Assembly (NCBI GenBank): GCA_020722725.1
Contig: DYKG01000002.1
Coordinates: 28,851-92,850 of the forward strand
Direction: 5' to 3'
DNA: 64,000 nucleotides
From: Candidatus Methylomirabilis sp.
GTDB lineage: Bacteria; Muiribacteriota; Ozemobacteria; Ozemobacterales; Ozemobacteraceae
A model generated the notes under the pieces. It saw only the letters and a program-made list of their open reading frames with translations, was not told where the DNA came from and did not search any database. Below, in pieces: positions 39,257 through 49,739 of the stretch (within the stretch, counting starts at the first letter, position 1; each line of letters begins with the position of its first letter). The translations under genes were made by a program, and so were the position numbers.

Positions 39257-39362
39257 TTAGACACCCCTCGCTCTTTGGCGCCAAAGTCGAACCGACACAA
39301 CCACTGAGAAAATTTCCAGATTCTGCCGATAGTAATAGAAAATAGACTAAAGCAGAAACCAG

Positions 39363-40223
39363 ATGTTTTTAAACTGTCCAAGATGTGATTCAAACTGCAT
39401 CGATTCAGCAGGAAACTGTGGAAGTTGCGGTTACACGCTTCGCATAACCTGCAACAAATGCGGCAACAAAAGCATACCTACCGCCCGTTTCTGCGGAAAA
39501 TGCGGTTCGGCTCTGAACCTGAATACATGGCTGAAGCAAAAATTTCGCGAGAATTCAACCCTGGCGAGCCGCCTCAAGTTTAGAAAGTTTGCAGCTGGAA
39601 TTGCATTTGGCACTTTTCTCGGAATCTTTGCCTTTGGCTCAATGGGAATGCACTCAGAATCTGCATCGTTCAACCGCCCAACTTCATCACTCACTCCGGT
39701 CAGCAGTTTACGTATTGCCAAAGCATCTATTTTTGAGCAACTGAACGAATTCAGAAATTCCCGAGATCCCAGAGGATTTGTCAGCCTCGGAGATTTGAGA
39801 AACTTTTCAGAAGTCATAACCCGGAATCTTTCATCGGTCAACGAAGCAGAAACGACGAGGCTATGGCAACCGTGCACTTCTGACGAACAGATTGCCAAAA
39901 TACGGGCATTTTGCCATAAAAATCGCCCCAGCCGCAGTGGAGTAGCAATGTTGCTTTTCAATATTGCCACTGAATATCTTGGCATCAATCATCGCGATTT
40001 CACCGAAAACTGCCATTTTTCAGACATACCACGGTTTCATTTTTTAAGCATACCAACCCAGGCTTTATATAGCATGGGTATTAATCTGGAAAAGAACAGC
40101 AAAGAATTTGGGTGCAATGATTCCGTAACCGTGGAAGAACTGTATTGCGCCGGCATAGCCTTATGCGAAGCCAATGAAATCAGACTGAAACAAAAGGTAT
40201 TTTGCAACCTTCAGCCCAATTAA
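39363..40223 (+). CDS. Double zinc-ribbon membrane protein with periplasmic/C-terminal domain of unknown function
   Basis: The N-terminus carries CPRCDSNC...CGSCG...CNKCGNK...CGKCG. One TM follows (AAGIAFGTFLGIFAFGSMG). Confidence 0.55.
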   Translation: MFLNCPRCDSNCIDSAGNCGSCGYTLRITCNKCGNKSIPTARFCGKCGSALNLNTWLKQKFRENSTLASRLKFRKFAAGIAFGTFLGIFAFGSMGMHSESASFNRPTSSLTPVSSLRIAKASIFEQLNEFRNSRDPRGFVSLGDLRNFSEVITRNLSSVNEAETTRLWQPCTSDEQIAKIRAFCHKNRPSRSGVAMLLFNIATEYLGINHRDFTENCHFSDIPRFHFLSIPTQALYSMGINLEKNSKEFGCNDSVTVEELYCAGIALCEANEIRLKQKVFCNLQPN

Positions 40224-40341
40224 AACAAACACTTAATTAAAAGCAAAAAACATTCAAAAATTGACCCACGCCCAGTCATCAAGGCTAAAAAAAAGGCACT
40301 AAAAATACTTCATCAGGCTTCATTTTTAAAATTTGGTTTTT

Positions 40342-42759
40342 CTATTGATAGTCTTCTCTGAAATCAATTTTGGGCGGGGGTTGTATCAGAACTCCCGGCT
40401 CACGCGGCTTGTATTCATCTTCGTCAACCGCAGGCGCATCGGCCATATCATCGTCAAGAAAAGCATCTCGAGGAATTGTCTGATCGGCCCCCCATTTTTT
40501 CAGAATATCAGAGCTCGGCTTGTTCTCACGATTTATCCAGCCATTCTGCGGGGATGTGGTTACGACGCCTGGTACGCTGGTGCGGTTTCCTGAACTGTAA
40601 TCTCCACGAAAGAAATCCGGGTCGGGCATATTGGAATAAGAAGCTGGAGCCTGGGCCATCTCATCATCTTCTCCGGGAACAAATTTAGCCAGAGTTGAAT
40701 AATGCTTACATTCTGTTAAAGGCTGAGATTCAATTGGGAAAGACTGCGAAACCACATCACCGGGAGGACAGCCTTTTGATGCCAGTTTGCCGGTTGCCAT
40801 GCAGACGCGACAACGCACCATTCCATCAGGCACCGGAAAATCCTTTTTGGGATAATGTTTCAATGCTTTTTCCATAAAAGCTTTCCATACCGGGCCGGCA
40901 ACCGAACCCCCGGCCTTCTTCGGCCCCAAAGTTCTAGGCATATCAAAGCCAAATTGCACAACTGTCACCAGATCAGGAGACATGCCATTAAACCATGCAT
41001 CAACGTAATCATTAGTAGTGCCGGTTTTGCCGGCAACAATATGATCGGGCACTCTGGCGCGAACACCTGTTCCTCGCTCTACCGCAGTTCTGAGCATATC
41101 GCAGATCATCGCTGCGTTTTTGGCTTTCATAACCTCTCTGGCCTTTGGCAGATTCTCTTCAAGAATGTTTCCATCGCGGTCAACTACCTTGAGAATCGAT
41201 AAAGGTCGACAATAGATTCCCATGTTGGCAAAAACACCATAGCTGGATGCCATTTCAAGTGGAGTAAACTGTCCCGAACCAAGAGCAAGCGATAGGTTTG
41301 GTTCCATTTGTGCAGTTATGCCCAGTTGCTTTGCAAACTTGATAACCTTGGCAGGAGTCAGTCGATCTATCAGTTTTACCGCCGGAACGTTATAGCTCTT
41401 GCAAAGTGCTTTGATCAGGGTTATCGTGCCATGGTATTTTAAATCATAATTTTTTGGTGACCAGACAACACGCGTCCATGGATTTGTGTAGGCAATGTAT
41501 TCATCGACGACCGTATCGCTGGGCAGCATGCCTTCCTCAAGAGCGCAGGCATAAACAAAAGGCTTAAAAGAAGAGCCCGGCTGCCTATAGGCCTGAGTAA
41601 CCCGGTTGAATTGGGATTGCTCAAAGCTGCGTCCTCCATACATTGCTTTTATATAACCATTTTTGGGATCGAGGCAAATCAGCGAACCATTCAGATCCGG
41701 GTACTTTTCGATCGGGTATTCTTTAAATATCGCAGCAGAAGCCATTGCTGCTTCTGCATATTGCTGAAAATCAATATCAAGGGTTGTGTATATTTTCAAG
41801 CCACCGTTATAAAGCAGATTTGAACCATATTTTTCAAGAAGCTGGTCGCGAACGTAAGTAACGAAATATGGTGCAATAACCTCCTGGGTCTTTAATGGCT
41901 GCAAAGCCGGCGTTTCAGCTTTGGCAGCTTCATATTGTGCCGGTGTAATAAAGCCAAGCTCTGCCATTTTACCAAGAACCAGTTCGCGCCTCATTTTATT
42001 GTTTTTTGGGCTCTTAATTGGCGAAAAAGCCTCCGGACTTTTAGGAATTCCGGCAAGCATGGCACATTCGGCAATCGTAAGTTCCTTAGGCTGTTTATTG
42101 AAATAAATTTCTGCCGCCGCAGCAAGGCCGTAAGCACCATGCCCAAAATAGATTTCATTCAGATAAAGGGTAAGAATCTCGTCTTTGGAATATTTTCGCT
42201 CAATCTGAAAAGCCATCATTGCCTCGATAGCCTTGCGCTTAAAAGTTTTTTCACTGGAAAGAAAGGCATTTTTTACCAGCTGTTGCGTAAGCGTAGAAGC
42301 CCCCTGCACCACCCTTCCCGCTTTCAGGTTTTTAATCATGGCACGCATAATACCCACCAGGTCGATGCCATAATGCCGATAGAAGCGCTCATCTTCAATT
42401 GCCACAACAGCATGTTTCATAACAACAGGGATTTCCTGTGAGGAAAGAATTACCGTGCGATTTTCTTCTGCATGCAATCGGGCCAGCAATCTGCCCTTAC
42501 AATCATAGACCAGAGAAGTCATATTTGGTCGATAAGAATTGTCAGCAATAATTGGAATTCTTTCTGAAAAACCTTTAAGAACGCCTAAAATAGCTCCAGT
42601 TGCGATGATAACCGTTAAAATACTCAGAACAAAACCCAGCTTGAAGAAAAACCAAAGCCACCCCAATACTTTCTGGGTTACCGTCTCAGATTCTTCTGAT
42701 TCTTCATCTTCGGCCGGATCTAAATCTTCTTCCGGGTCTTGATCATTAGCGAAAAACAT
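40342..42759 (-). CDS. mrcA: Class A penicillin-binding protein 1A (bifunctional glycosyltransferase/transpeptidase)
   Basis: The glycosyltransferase motif GASTLTQQ is present. The transpeptidase motifs are SSFKP, SYN and KTGTT. An N-terminal TM anchor is present. Confidence 0.9.
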   Translation of the reverse strand: MFFANDQDPEEDLDPAEDEESEESETVTQKVLGWLWFFFKLGFVLSILTVIIATGAILGVLKGFSERIPIIADNSYRPNMTSLVYDCKGRLLARLHAEENRTVILSSQEIPVVMKHAVVAIEDERFYRHYGIDLVGIMRAMIKNLKAGRVVQGASTLTQQLVKNAFLSSEKTFKRKAIEAMMAFQIERKYSKDEILTLYLNEIYFGHGAYGLAAAAEIYFNKQPKELTIAECAMLAGIPKSPEAFSPIKSPKNNKMRRELVLGKMAELGFITPAQYEAAKAETPALQPLKTQEVIAPYFVTYVRDQLLEKYGSNLLYNGGLKIYTTLDIDFQQYAEAAMASAAIFKEYPIEKYPDLNGSLICLDPKNGYIKAMYGGRSFEQSQFNRVTQAYRQPGSSFKPFVYACALEEGMLPSDTVVDEYIAYTNPWTRVVWSPKNYDLKYHGTITLIKALCKSYNVPAVKLIDRLTPAKVIKFAKQLGITAQMEPNLSLALGSGQFTPLEMASSYGVFANMGIYCRPLSILKVVDRDGNILEENLPKAREVMKAKNAAMICDMLRTAVERGTGVRARVPDHIVAGKTGTTNDYVDAWFNGMSPDLVTVVQFGFDMPRTLGPKKAGGSVAGPVWKAFMEKALKHYPKKDFPVPDGMVRCRVCMATGKLASKGCPPGDVVSQSFPIESQPLTECKHYSTLAKFVPGEDDEMAQAPASYSNMPDPDFFRGDYSSGNRTSVPGVVTTSPQNGWINRENKPSSDILKKWGADQTIPRDAFLDDDMADAPAVDEDEYKPREPGVLIQPPPKIDFREDYQ

Positions 42760-42909
42760 ATTGGCACCGTCCTGTTCTTGACAGAGTACAATAAAGCATT
42801 CGACAATTTCAATGCCCTACGTAACAAAAACAATAATTTCTTTTTTTGTAATAGGGATTCTGCTATATTTATGCGGTATCAAGCACAATTTTTTACCCTG
42901 GAATTAGTC

Positions 42910-44193
42910 ATGAATTTACACGAAGCAAAAACTTGGATTCTCGACCGCGGATCAAGGAAAGGCCGTTTCGGTCTTGAAAAAATTCACTACCTTCTCAACG
43001 AACTTGAAAATCCGCAGCATGAATTTGCCTGCGTTGTTATCGGGGGAACAAATGGAAAAGGCTCAGTAACCGCGATTGCCGAAAGCATACTGATCAACAC
43101 CGATGATTATCAGATCGGTAGCCTTACTTCGCCCCATCTGCTCGACATGGACGAACGAATCAGGATTCAGGGCGAAAAGCTTGCTGACAAATACTGGATA
43201 AGCGGAGTTAGAGAGCTTCAGAGAATCATAAAGGTCATGGACAAAGAGGCTTCAATTGGTTCGCCCAGTTTCTTTGAGACTATTACCGCGCTGGCTTTTA
43301 CTGCTTTCAGAGAGACTGACCGCGATATTGCGCTACTTGAAGTGGGACTGGGCGGGCGCTTTGACTCTACCAATTCCTGCGAACCAGAAATTTCAGTTAT
43401 TACCAATATCGGAACTGATCACGAAGAGTATCTGGGCAAAGGAAAAGCCAGTATTGCCCGCGAAAAGCTTGGAATAATCAGGAAAAAAAGACCACTGCTT
43501 ACCACCGAGCGCGATCCCGAAATTCTGGAAATTTTTGCCAAAACCTGCAGCCATAATCATACAGAATTGGTTCAGGTCAAAGATTTTAACTACTTCGAAT
43601 TGTGCGAAAGCACGCCTGAAGGCCATAAAATCAAGTTCACTTTCCATGACGAGCCAGTCTTTATGCCTTTGCCAGGCGAGCATCAATTAACCAATCTTGC
43701 GCTTGCCCTTGAAGTGATAATGAAATTGAGATCACACGGGTTTGAAATTTCCGATCAGGCAATTATTGAAGGAACTGGAAAAGTCCGCTGGCCTGGTCGG
43801 CTACAGTGGTTGCCAGGTGATCCGCCTGTTCTTCTTGACGGTGCCCACAATTCAGAAGGCCTGGCCACTCTGGTTCGATATCTCGAAGCTTTTCCACCAG
43901 CTCAGCCGGTCAACATTATTTTCGGCACGCTTAAAGACAAGCCGATGCTTGAAATGGCCAACAAACTTTCCAAGTTTGGAGTTAGGCTCTGCTTTGTTCC
44001 ACCAGAAAGCAGCAGAGCCTTCTCAAAAGAAGATTTCAATCATGCTTTTGAAAACTCGCCTGGTGTCTGGAACTGGTATTCAAATTTTGACGAAGCCTTT
44101 TCTGCCTGCAAAGAAACTGGAAAAACAATCATTGTTACCGGATCTCTGTATCTTGTCTCCGAGGCATTGAGAAAGTTAAAGAAACATGTTTAA
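42910..44193 (+). CDS. folC: Folylpolyglutamate synthase/dihydrofolate synthase (FolC, Mur-ligase family)
   Basis: The motif FACVVIGGTNGKGS is the P-loop of Mur ligases, and DGAHN is also present. The start is placed at ATG 42910. The ORF-track start at 42739 would add about 57 aa upstream. Confidence 0.8.
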   Translation: MNLHEAKTWILDRGSRKGRFGLEKIHYLLNELENPQHEFACVVIGGTNGKGSVTAIAESILINTDDYQIGSLTSPHLLDMDERIRIQGEKLADKYWISGVRELQRIIKVMDKEASIGSPSFFETITALAFTAFRETDRDIALLEVGLGGRFDSTNSCEPEISVITNIGTDHEEYLGKGKASIAREKLGIIRKKRPLLTTERDPEILEIFAKTCSHNHTELVQVKDFNYFELCESTPEGHKIKFTFHDEPVFMPLPGEHQLTNLALALEVIMKLRSHGFEISDQAIIEGTGKVRWPGRLQWLPGDPPVLLDGAHNSEGLATLVRYLEAFPPAQPVNIIFGTLKDKPMLEMANKLSKFGVRLCFVPPESSRAFSKEDFNHAFENSPGVWNWYSNFDEAFSACKETGKTIIVTGSLYLVSEALRKLKKHV

Positions 44194-45343
44194 GCCAGGA
44201 ATTGAAGTTTTCTTTGATCAACTTTCCACACAAAAATTCCGCGTAGCAGCCGTAACTAATTTTACCGGAAGAAACCGTCAAGGCAGGCATCTGGTTAACC
44301 TTATTGCTGCGCACCCATCACTACAACTTGTCAGAATTTTCACCCCCGAGCACGGCTTCACCTCAGACGCCCCTGATGGAGAACATGTAGCGGATTCTCA
44401 TCATGCAGAACTTGAAGTTCCAGTCGTAAGTCTTTACGGCGACTTAAAGAAACCCAACCCTGAAATGCTGACCGACCTTGATCTTTTAATTTATGACATT
44501 CAGGATGTGGGCGTCAGATTTTATACTTACATCAGCACTTTGAGAAACATCATGGAGGCGGCTGGGGAATCGAAAAAGCCGTTATGGATTCTCGACAGAC
44601 CCGATATTCTTGGAGGCATCGAAGTCGAAGGGCCGATGCTTGCCCCTGAATTCACCTCATTTGTAGGACATCTTCCAATACCGGTAAGATATGGCATGAC
44701 CCCAGGAGAGCTGGCTCAATGGTGGAATGAAACGGCATCTTTAAATGTTGATTTGAAAATATGGAAATGCCATGAATATGTTTGTTCAAATTCATCTCCA
44801 GTTCCTGATTTTCCATGGTTCAAGCCCTCTCCCGGCATGCCCGATACTGCGACTGCGCAATTTTATCCCGGCACCTGCCTGTTTGAAGGCACCCAGCTTT
44901 CTGAAGGCCGTGGAACCGACGCCCCTTTCAGGACATTGGGGGCACCATGGGTTGATGCCAGGACCTGGGCCGAGGAACTTCGACAGCACCTTCCCGAAGA
45001 AATCGAAATTTCCACCTGCACTTTTGTTCCAACCTTCTCCAAGTTTGCTAATGAAACCTGCCACGGAATAAAACTTGCGACGAAACTTCCGATTGTAAAG
45101 AACGCCTTTCTTACCGGAATCGCGGCAATTTACAGCTTTATTAAAACCCACCCTGGAAAGATTGAATTCAGCGGCCGGCCCAATTTAAAATATCCATTTA
45201 TTGATTACCTTGCCGGAACCGATGGCATAAGAAAAGGGCTTGTCAACCTTGACAAGCCTGAGTTAATCGTTCGAAAAAACCGTGACGGCGTAGATGATTT
45301 CAATAACAGCAGGCAAAATTTCCTGCTTTACCCGAGGGATTAG
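44186..45343 (+). CDS. DUF1343 family protein (exo-beta-N-acetylmuramidase NamZ-like)
   Basis: The motif DLLIYDIQDVGVRFYTYISTL is characteristic of DUF1343. It overlaps the folC stop by 8 nt. Confidence 0.7.
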   Translation: MFKPGIEVFFDQLSTQKFRVAAVTNFTGRNRQGRHLVNLIAAHPSLQLVRIFTPEHGFTSDAPDGEHVADSHHAELEVPVVSLYGDLKKPNPEMLTDLDLLIYDIQDVGVRFYTYISTLRNIMEAAGESKKPLWILDRPDILGGIEVEGPMLAPEFTSFVGHLPIPVRYGMTPGELAQWWNETASLNVDLKIWKCHEYVCSNSSPVPDFPWFKPSPGMPDTATAQFYPGTCLFEGTQLSEGRGTDAPFRTLGAPWVDARTWAEELRQHLPEEIEISTCTFVPTFSKFANETCHGIKLATKLPIVKNAFLTGIAAIYSFIKTHPGKIEFSGRPNLKYPFIDYLAGTDGIRKGLVNLDKPELIVRKNRDGVDDFNNSRQNFLLYPRD

Positions 45344-45347
45344 CTGG

Positions 45348-46181
45348 TCAACCCTGAGGGGTCGCAAATTTCCAACGGGAAAGAACAATGTCGTTACCGC
45401 TCTTTTCCAGAACCAGCAGATTACCAGTGCTGTCAAAGCCAAGATCACGTTGACAGACTTTTTCAGGGCCATCAATTTTCCAGATCATGTGGCCGTTTTG
45501 CCCGATCAATGCGATCTTTCTTCGGTTGTTTTCGTAAGATGAAAGAAGAGCTTCGCCTTCAACACCGAGAGGCCCCAGTTCCAGGCCTGAGGGATCGAAT
45601 TCCGGAGAAAACCTGTAGATTTCTTTCATTCGGTTGCCAAAGCAATCATACAGATTAATCACCCAAGGCCCAGGCTTCTGGCTTAAACTGACTGACCAGA
45701 CAAAACCTTCGGTAAACGGCAGAGCAAAATGGACATTTGAAATCTCGACAGCTTCGGTTGCATTTGCGGCGAGAAAGACCATTTTTTCGCCACCAGTAAT
45801 TACAAGGCCCTGATCGCAATGTTCTATTCTGCATCCATTCCAGCCATTTTTCGGCCAGTTTTGATCGACAAGGCCTCTGAGTTTGCCTTCTTCATTTAAA
45901 ATCAGTGGCTGACCAAGAACCAGATCAAAATCAAGCACTCGCTCACCTTTAATTCGGTTATTAAAAGACTCTCCGGTTGAAAGATCGATACTGACCATGC
46001 GGCCAAGGTTGTTCATAATCACAACTTTGTCGAGGCTAACCCGCATGCCAAGCAGACCATAGCTCAATTCTGGAGGCAATTTCAGCAGGACTTCACGGTC
46101 AATGTTAATCTGAGCCCAGCCTGCTGCACAAATCAAACAAAATATTGAAAACGCGATTGAAATTCTTCTAAAAGCCTTCAT
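45348..46181 (-). CDS. Secreted protein of unknown function (predicted beta-rich)
   Basis: A signal peptide is present (MKAFRRISIAFSIFCLICAAGWA). Its start overlaps the upstream stop (ATGA). Confidence 0.5.
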   Translation of the reverse strand: MKAFRRISIAFSIFCLICAAGWAQINIDREVLLKLPPELSYGLLGMRVSLDKVVIMNNLGRMVSIDLSTGESFNNRIKGERVLDFDLVLGQPLILNEEGKLRGLVDQNWPKNGWNGCRIEHCDQGLVITGGEKMVFLAANATEAVEISNVHFALPFTEGFVWSVSLSQKPGPWVINLYDCFGNRMKEIYRFSPEFDPSGLELGPLGVEGEALLSSYENNRRKIALIGQNGHMIWKIDGPEKVCQRDLGFDSTGNLLVLEKSGNDIVLSRWKFATPQG

Positions 46182-47140
46182 TTTCTCTCACCCCAACTCA
46201 TGCTTTTTACTGCAAACTGACCGGCAGGTGCCTTTTCGAAATCAGCCTCAGCAAGCCATACAATTCCCTCTGTTCCGGCGAGATAGCGGTTCATAACCGC
46301 AGGAGGCTCAAACTCCATACTTCTGGCAACGCGACCAAACGGGGTAATCTCCATCAGTTTCAAGGTTCCCTTAAAACCGCCGGCCGGCACAAATGAAACA
46401 ACAATATTCCCATTCCCGGCAACTGCCCAGACTCTTGGGTTGGTTAATTCCGCCATGCCGAGATGCAAGCTCTTTTCAAGCTGCCCTTTGCTGGAAAAAA
46501 CCTTAATAAAATACCCTGCGTTTTCTTCGTATTGAAGTGTATGCATACGATTCGATGGGTCAAAAGCAAAGCCACAGCGCTGCCAGGAAATTTCTCTTAC
46601 CAGCTCGCCGTAGGGGGTAAAAACGGCAATCACTGAGCGACCGATATCACCAACGTAAACCCGGCCGGTTCGATCAACTTCAATCTGGTTGATCTGCAGA
46701 AATTTTCCCGGCTCGTTGCCATTGCCACCGACTTTCACCAGCTCTTTTCCATTGGCCAGAGAAATCTTTTTAACCTCGCACGTCGCTGCTTCAGCGACCC
46801 ATACAGATTCTGGGTCGCCGGTTGAGCCTGAATTCAGAGCAAAATCCTCCAGCACCAAATTTTCAGGCATTCCTGAAAGCATAAAGCTTTTTTTCAGCTT
46901 GTTTTGCCCGTCAAACTGATGGATTTTGCCGCCAATTGAGTCGAGCACCCAAAGATCGTTTTTGCAAATACGAAATGACATGGGCCCAAAAGGCTGGTCT
47001 TCTTTAAAAGTTTTATCAGTATTTGAATTGAAAACGGCAACCTGACCATTTTCACGACCATAGCTGATGCTCCATGAATCTGCCGCCTGAACTCCACAAC
47101 CGGTAATAAGCATCAGCATTAAAGCAGGTTTAAGTTTCAT
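46178..47140 (-). CDS. Lipoprotein, probable beta-propeller (NHL/YVTN-like)
   Basis: The lipobox is LITGC. Repeated VYVGD/VWV-type strands are visible. Confidence 0.5.
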   Translation of the reverse strand: MKLKPALMLMLITGCGVQAADSWSISYGRENGQVAVFNSNTDKTFKEDQPFGPMSFRICKNDLWVLDSIGGKIHQFDGQNKLKKSFMLSGMPENLVLEDFALNSGSTGDPESVWVAEAATCEVKKISLANGKELVKVGGNGNEPGKFLQINQIEVDRTGRVYVGDIGRSVIAVFTPYGELVREISWQRCGFAFDPSNRMHTLQYEENAGYFIKVFSSKGQLEKSLHLGMAELTNPRVWAVAGNGNIVVSFVPAGGFKGTLKLMEITPFGRVARSMEFEPPAVMNRYLAGTEGIVWLAEADFEKAPAGQFAVKSMSWGERK

Positions 47141-47146
47141 ATTCTA

Positions 47147-48379
47147 TCATGCAACCTTTCTTAGAACTCTGGTAATCGGTCCAATTGCAGTTGGAGTGAT
47201 AAGTCGGGGCATTCGCAAACGTGAAGAGTTGTTCATCGCCATAAAACTATTGCCTTCCTTGACGATAATTCCAACATGGGTGTCAGGATCTTTAACGCCA
47301 TCTCCGGTATAGTCGTAGGTTTTCCAGGTAATTACATCGCCTTCCTGATAAGGGGGAACGGAAACTTCCTTCCAGCCCCTGGATTTCAAATCTGAAACAG
47401 TTGAACGAACATTCAAATGAACTTTTGAAAGAACTCCGGCGTTTTTCAATGCAGTTGTAACGACCTGGGCGCAGGCCAGGTTTCCATAATCAACTTCTCG
47501 GCCTCGAAATGAGTGGGAACCAACCAGCTTTCTCGCTTCCCGGGCAATGCGCTGTTGCAGATTACCTGGGGTTAAAGGATTGGTCGTAACTGGCGGGGCG
47601 CTGCTTCCTCCCCGTTCTTTGGAAATGTAATCCGCGTGAACATATCTTACTTTGCCATTGAAGTCGATACGATACCAGTCGTCAACCTTTCCGGTTACCT
47701 TTACTGCAATACCGTTTGGAATGGTGGTTTCGATTGCACCCCACGGGGATTTTCTAACGTTCAGAGCTGAAGCGGTTACATAACCGATAAAGTTGTCCAG
47801 ATTGCTTATTTCTGCGGGGGCAGATGGCATTTTTGTATCGATAAATTTTTTGGCAACAAAAGCTTCATTATTGTCACCCCATTTGATTTTGTAAAAATCA
47901 CCGGCAACTCCCAGAATTTCAACGGCTTTCTGGTCAGACAATTTACCGATAATATCACCATGGGGCACTCTTCTGACATTGAGACCCAGTGGCGCATTTA
48001 CCCAACCCTGAGTCGGGAAAGGCTTGGCTTTCTCACCTTTTCGTTTAATATAAGCAGTATGAACGTAAGCAGTTTTGCCCCCCACGGTAATTTTGTACCA
48101 ATCCCCGCTTTGGCCAATGATAGTTACTTTGTCTCCGCCTTTTAGCGAACCGGTTATATCGCCCCATGGGGAAGTTCGAATGTTCAGTGTAGATTCAACA
48201 TCAACCGTACCGACTTCGGATTTACCCTCAACGACAGGTGGCAATTCAGGGTCTATATTTGGAGTGTAAGCTTCCTGGCTGATGCTGACTTCCTTGCCAG
48301 AAAACGGGTTTTCACCAGCATAAATCAGGCTGCCGAATAAAAAAACGGTTAGCAGCAGCAAAAAAATTCTCTTTTGCAT
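47147..48379 (-). CDS. Secreted cell-wall-binding protein: three SH3b repeats plus a C-terminal Cys/His (NlpC/P60- or CHAP-like) hydrolase domain
   Basis: Three repeats of about 65 aa are present (NIRTSPWGDITGSLKGGDKVTIIGQSGDWYKI...AYVHTAYIK, and two more). The C-terminus has NLACAQVV...DTHVGIIV as a Cys/His dyad. Confidence 0.55.
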   Translation of the reverse strand: MQKRIFLLLLTVFLFGSLIYAGENPFSGKEVSISQEAYTPNIDPELPPVVEGKSEVGTVDVESTLNIRTSPWGDITGSLKGGDKVTIIGQSGDWYKITVGGKTAYVHTAYIKRKGEKAKPFPTQGWVNAPLGLNVRRVPHGDIIGKLSDQKAVEILGVAGDFYKIKWGDNNEAFVAKKFIDTKMPSAPAEISNLDNFIGYVTASALNVRKSPWGAIETTIPNGIAVKVTGKVDDWYRIDFNGKVRYVHADYISKERGGSSAPPVTTNPLTPGNLQQRIAREARKLVGSHSFRGREVDYGNLACAQVVTTALKNAGVLSKVHLNVRSTVSDLKSRGWKEVSVPPYQEGDVITWKTYDYTGDGVKDPDTHVGIIVKEGNSFMAMNNSSRLRMPRLITPTAIGPITRVLRKVA

Positions 48380-48509
48380 AATATCTCCCCCTGTGACTTG
48401 TATAATAATTCTACTGCAAAATGAACAAAAAGTTTACAATTCTTGCAAAATTGATGGGTAACGGATATTTTCATATAAAATCAGAAATTTGCGGGGTTTT
48501 GAATAAAAC

Positions 48510-49724
48510 ATGATCGATTTAAAAGCATTTTCCTTTTTTAATACGCTCCCTTCACGCGAATTAGATAAAATCAAGCAGATCAGCCGGTTTAAAAAATATG
48601 CTTCCGGCACCGTAATTCTTAAAGAGAAAGAAGACGTTTCCGACCTGATAATGGTAGTTGAGGGTCAGGTATCAGTTATCAAGACTTACGGACAAAAGAA
48701 AAGCACCCTCTTCACTCTTGACCCTGGCGAAATTTATGGCGAAGTAGAAATTCTCAATGGCACCAAGTGCCTTACAACCCTGATAGGCTACCAGGAATTT
48801 CAGCTTATTTACATACCCAAAGACTTTTTTCTTCGCCTGATTGGTCTATATCCAGGGTTTGCCAAAGAAACCAGAGATCTTTATTCCCGGCGCGGTCAGA
48901 TTCTTCTTGAAGAAGGGATGAGCAAAAGCCAGCTTGGTAAGGTGGTTACCTTCTTCAACGTTAAAGGTGGCGCAGGCAAATCGGTAATTTCATCAAACGT
49001 GGCTGTAATGCTGGCAAAATACTGGCAAAAGAAAACCGTTCTGCTTGATATGAACCTTGCATTCGGAGACCAGGCAATTCTTCTGAGTCTTAGCCAGGAA
49101 AAAAACATTCATCTGCTCACCAAAGCCAAGCAACCGTTGAATATAAAGCGAATCGAAGAGCAGCTTACCGACCACTCTTCAGGCCTTAAAGTGCTGCTTC
49201 CACCTGCCGTGCCTGAACTGGCAGAATTGATTAAACCTGAATTCGTCGAAAGCATTATTGAAATTCTAAAAAACCACTACGATTTTATCATCATCGACAC
49301 CCACAACCAGTTGAGCGACCTCGAGCTGAAAGTTCTTGAGAACTCTGATCTGATAATGCTGATGATGACGATGGAGCTTACCTTCATTAAAAACACCAAG
49401 ATTCTTCTTGATCTTCTCGGGCGACTTAAAATTCCTAAAGAGAAAATAAAGGTAGTTCTTAATCGTGCATTTAAATCCATGGGACTCGAACCCTCAAAAG
49501 TTGAGAAATCACTGCGCTATGCAATCAGCCATTTTATTCCAAGTGAGGGAAACATCGTAGTGCCATCAGTCAACCATGGAATCCCTTTCGTGCTGTCAAA
49601 AGGAAGCGATGGGTCTGCGATTCTTCTTTCAGTTAGAAAGCTATGTGCCAGACTCACTGGAGAGGAAATCGAAAAGGGAACCTGGAATATGTTTTCTCTG
49701 TTAAAGGAAGTATTTGGGCTTTAA
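48510..49724 (+). CDS. cNMP-binding domain fused to a CpaE/TadZ-family (MinD/ParA-like) P-loop ATPase
   Basis: The N-terminal region (about 120 aa) is a cNMP-binding fold (VILKEKEDVSDLIMVVEGQVSVIK...GEIYGEVEIL). The ATPase has a deviant Walker A (FNVKGGAGKSVISSN) and LLDMNLAFGD, matching the CpaE DLDLQFGD block. A candidate TTGATG-17-TATAAA promoter lies at 48451-48479. Confidence 0.75.
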   Translation: MIDLKAFSFFNTLPSRELDKIKQISRFKKYASGTVILKEKEDVSDLIMVVEGQVSVIKTYGQKKSTLFTLDPGEIYGEVEILNGTKCLTTLIGYQEFQLIYIPKDFFLRLIGLYPGFAKETRDLYSRRGQILLEEGMSKSQLGKVVTFFNVKGGAGKSVISSNVAVMLAKYWQKKTVLLDMNLAFGDQAILLSLSQEKNIHLLTKAKQPLNIKRIEEQLTDHSSGLKVLLPPAVPELAELIKPEFVESIIEILKNHYDFIIIDTHNQLSDLELKVLENSDLIMLMMTMELTFIKNTKILLDLLGRLKIPKEKIKVVLNRAFKSMGLEPSKVEKSLRYAISHFIPSEGNIVVPSVNHGIPFVLSKGSDGSAILLSVRKLCARLTGEEIEKGTWNMFSLLKEVFGL

Positions 49725-49739
49725 AAATACCCAATTGTT

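Noticed and set aside
42739-42909. Upstream extension of folC (track start 42739, overlapping the PBP1A start codon region)
   Set aside because: The extension is low-complexity (…NKNNNFFFC…). The conserved FolC N-terminus aligns from MNLHEAKTW at 42910. The extension would also overlap the divergent mrcA start.
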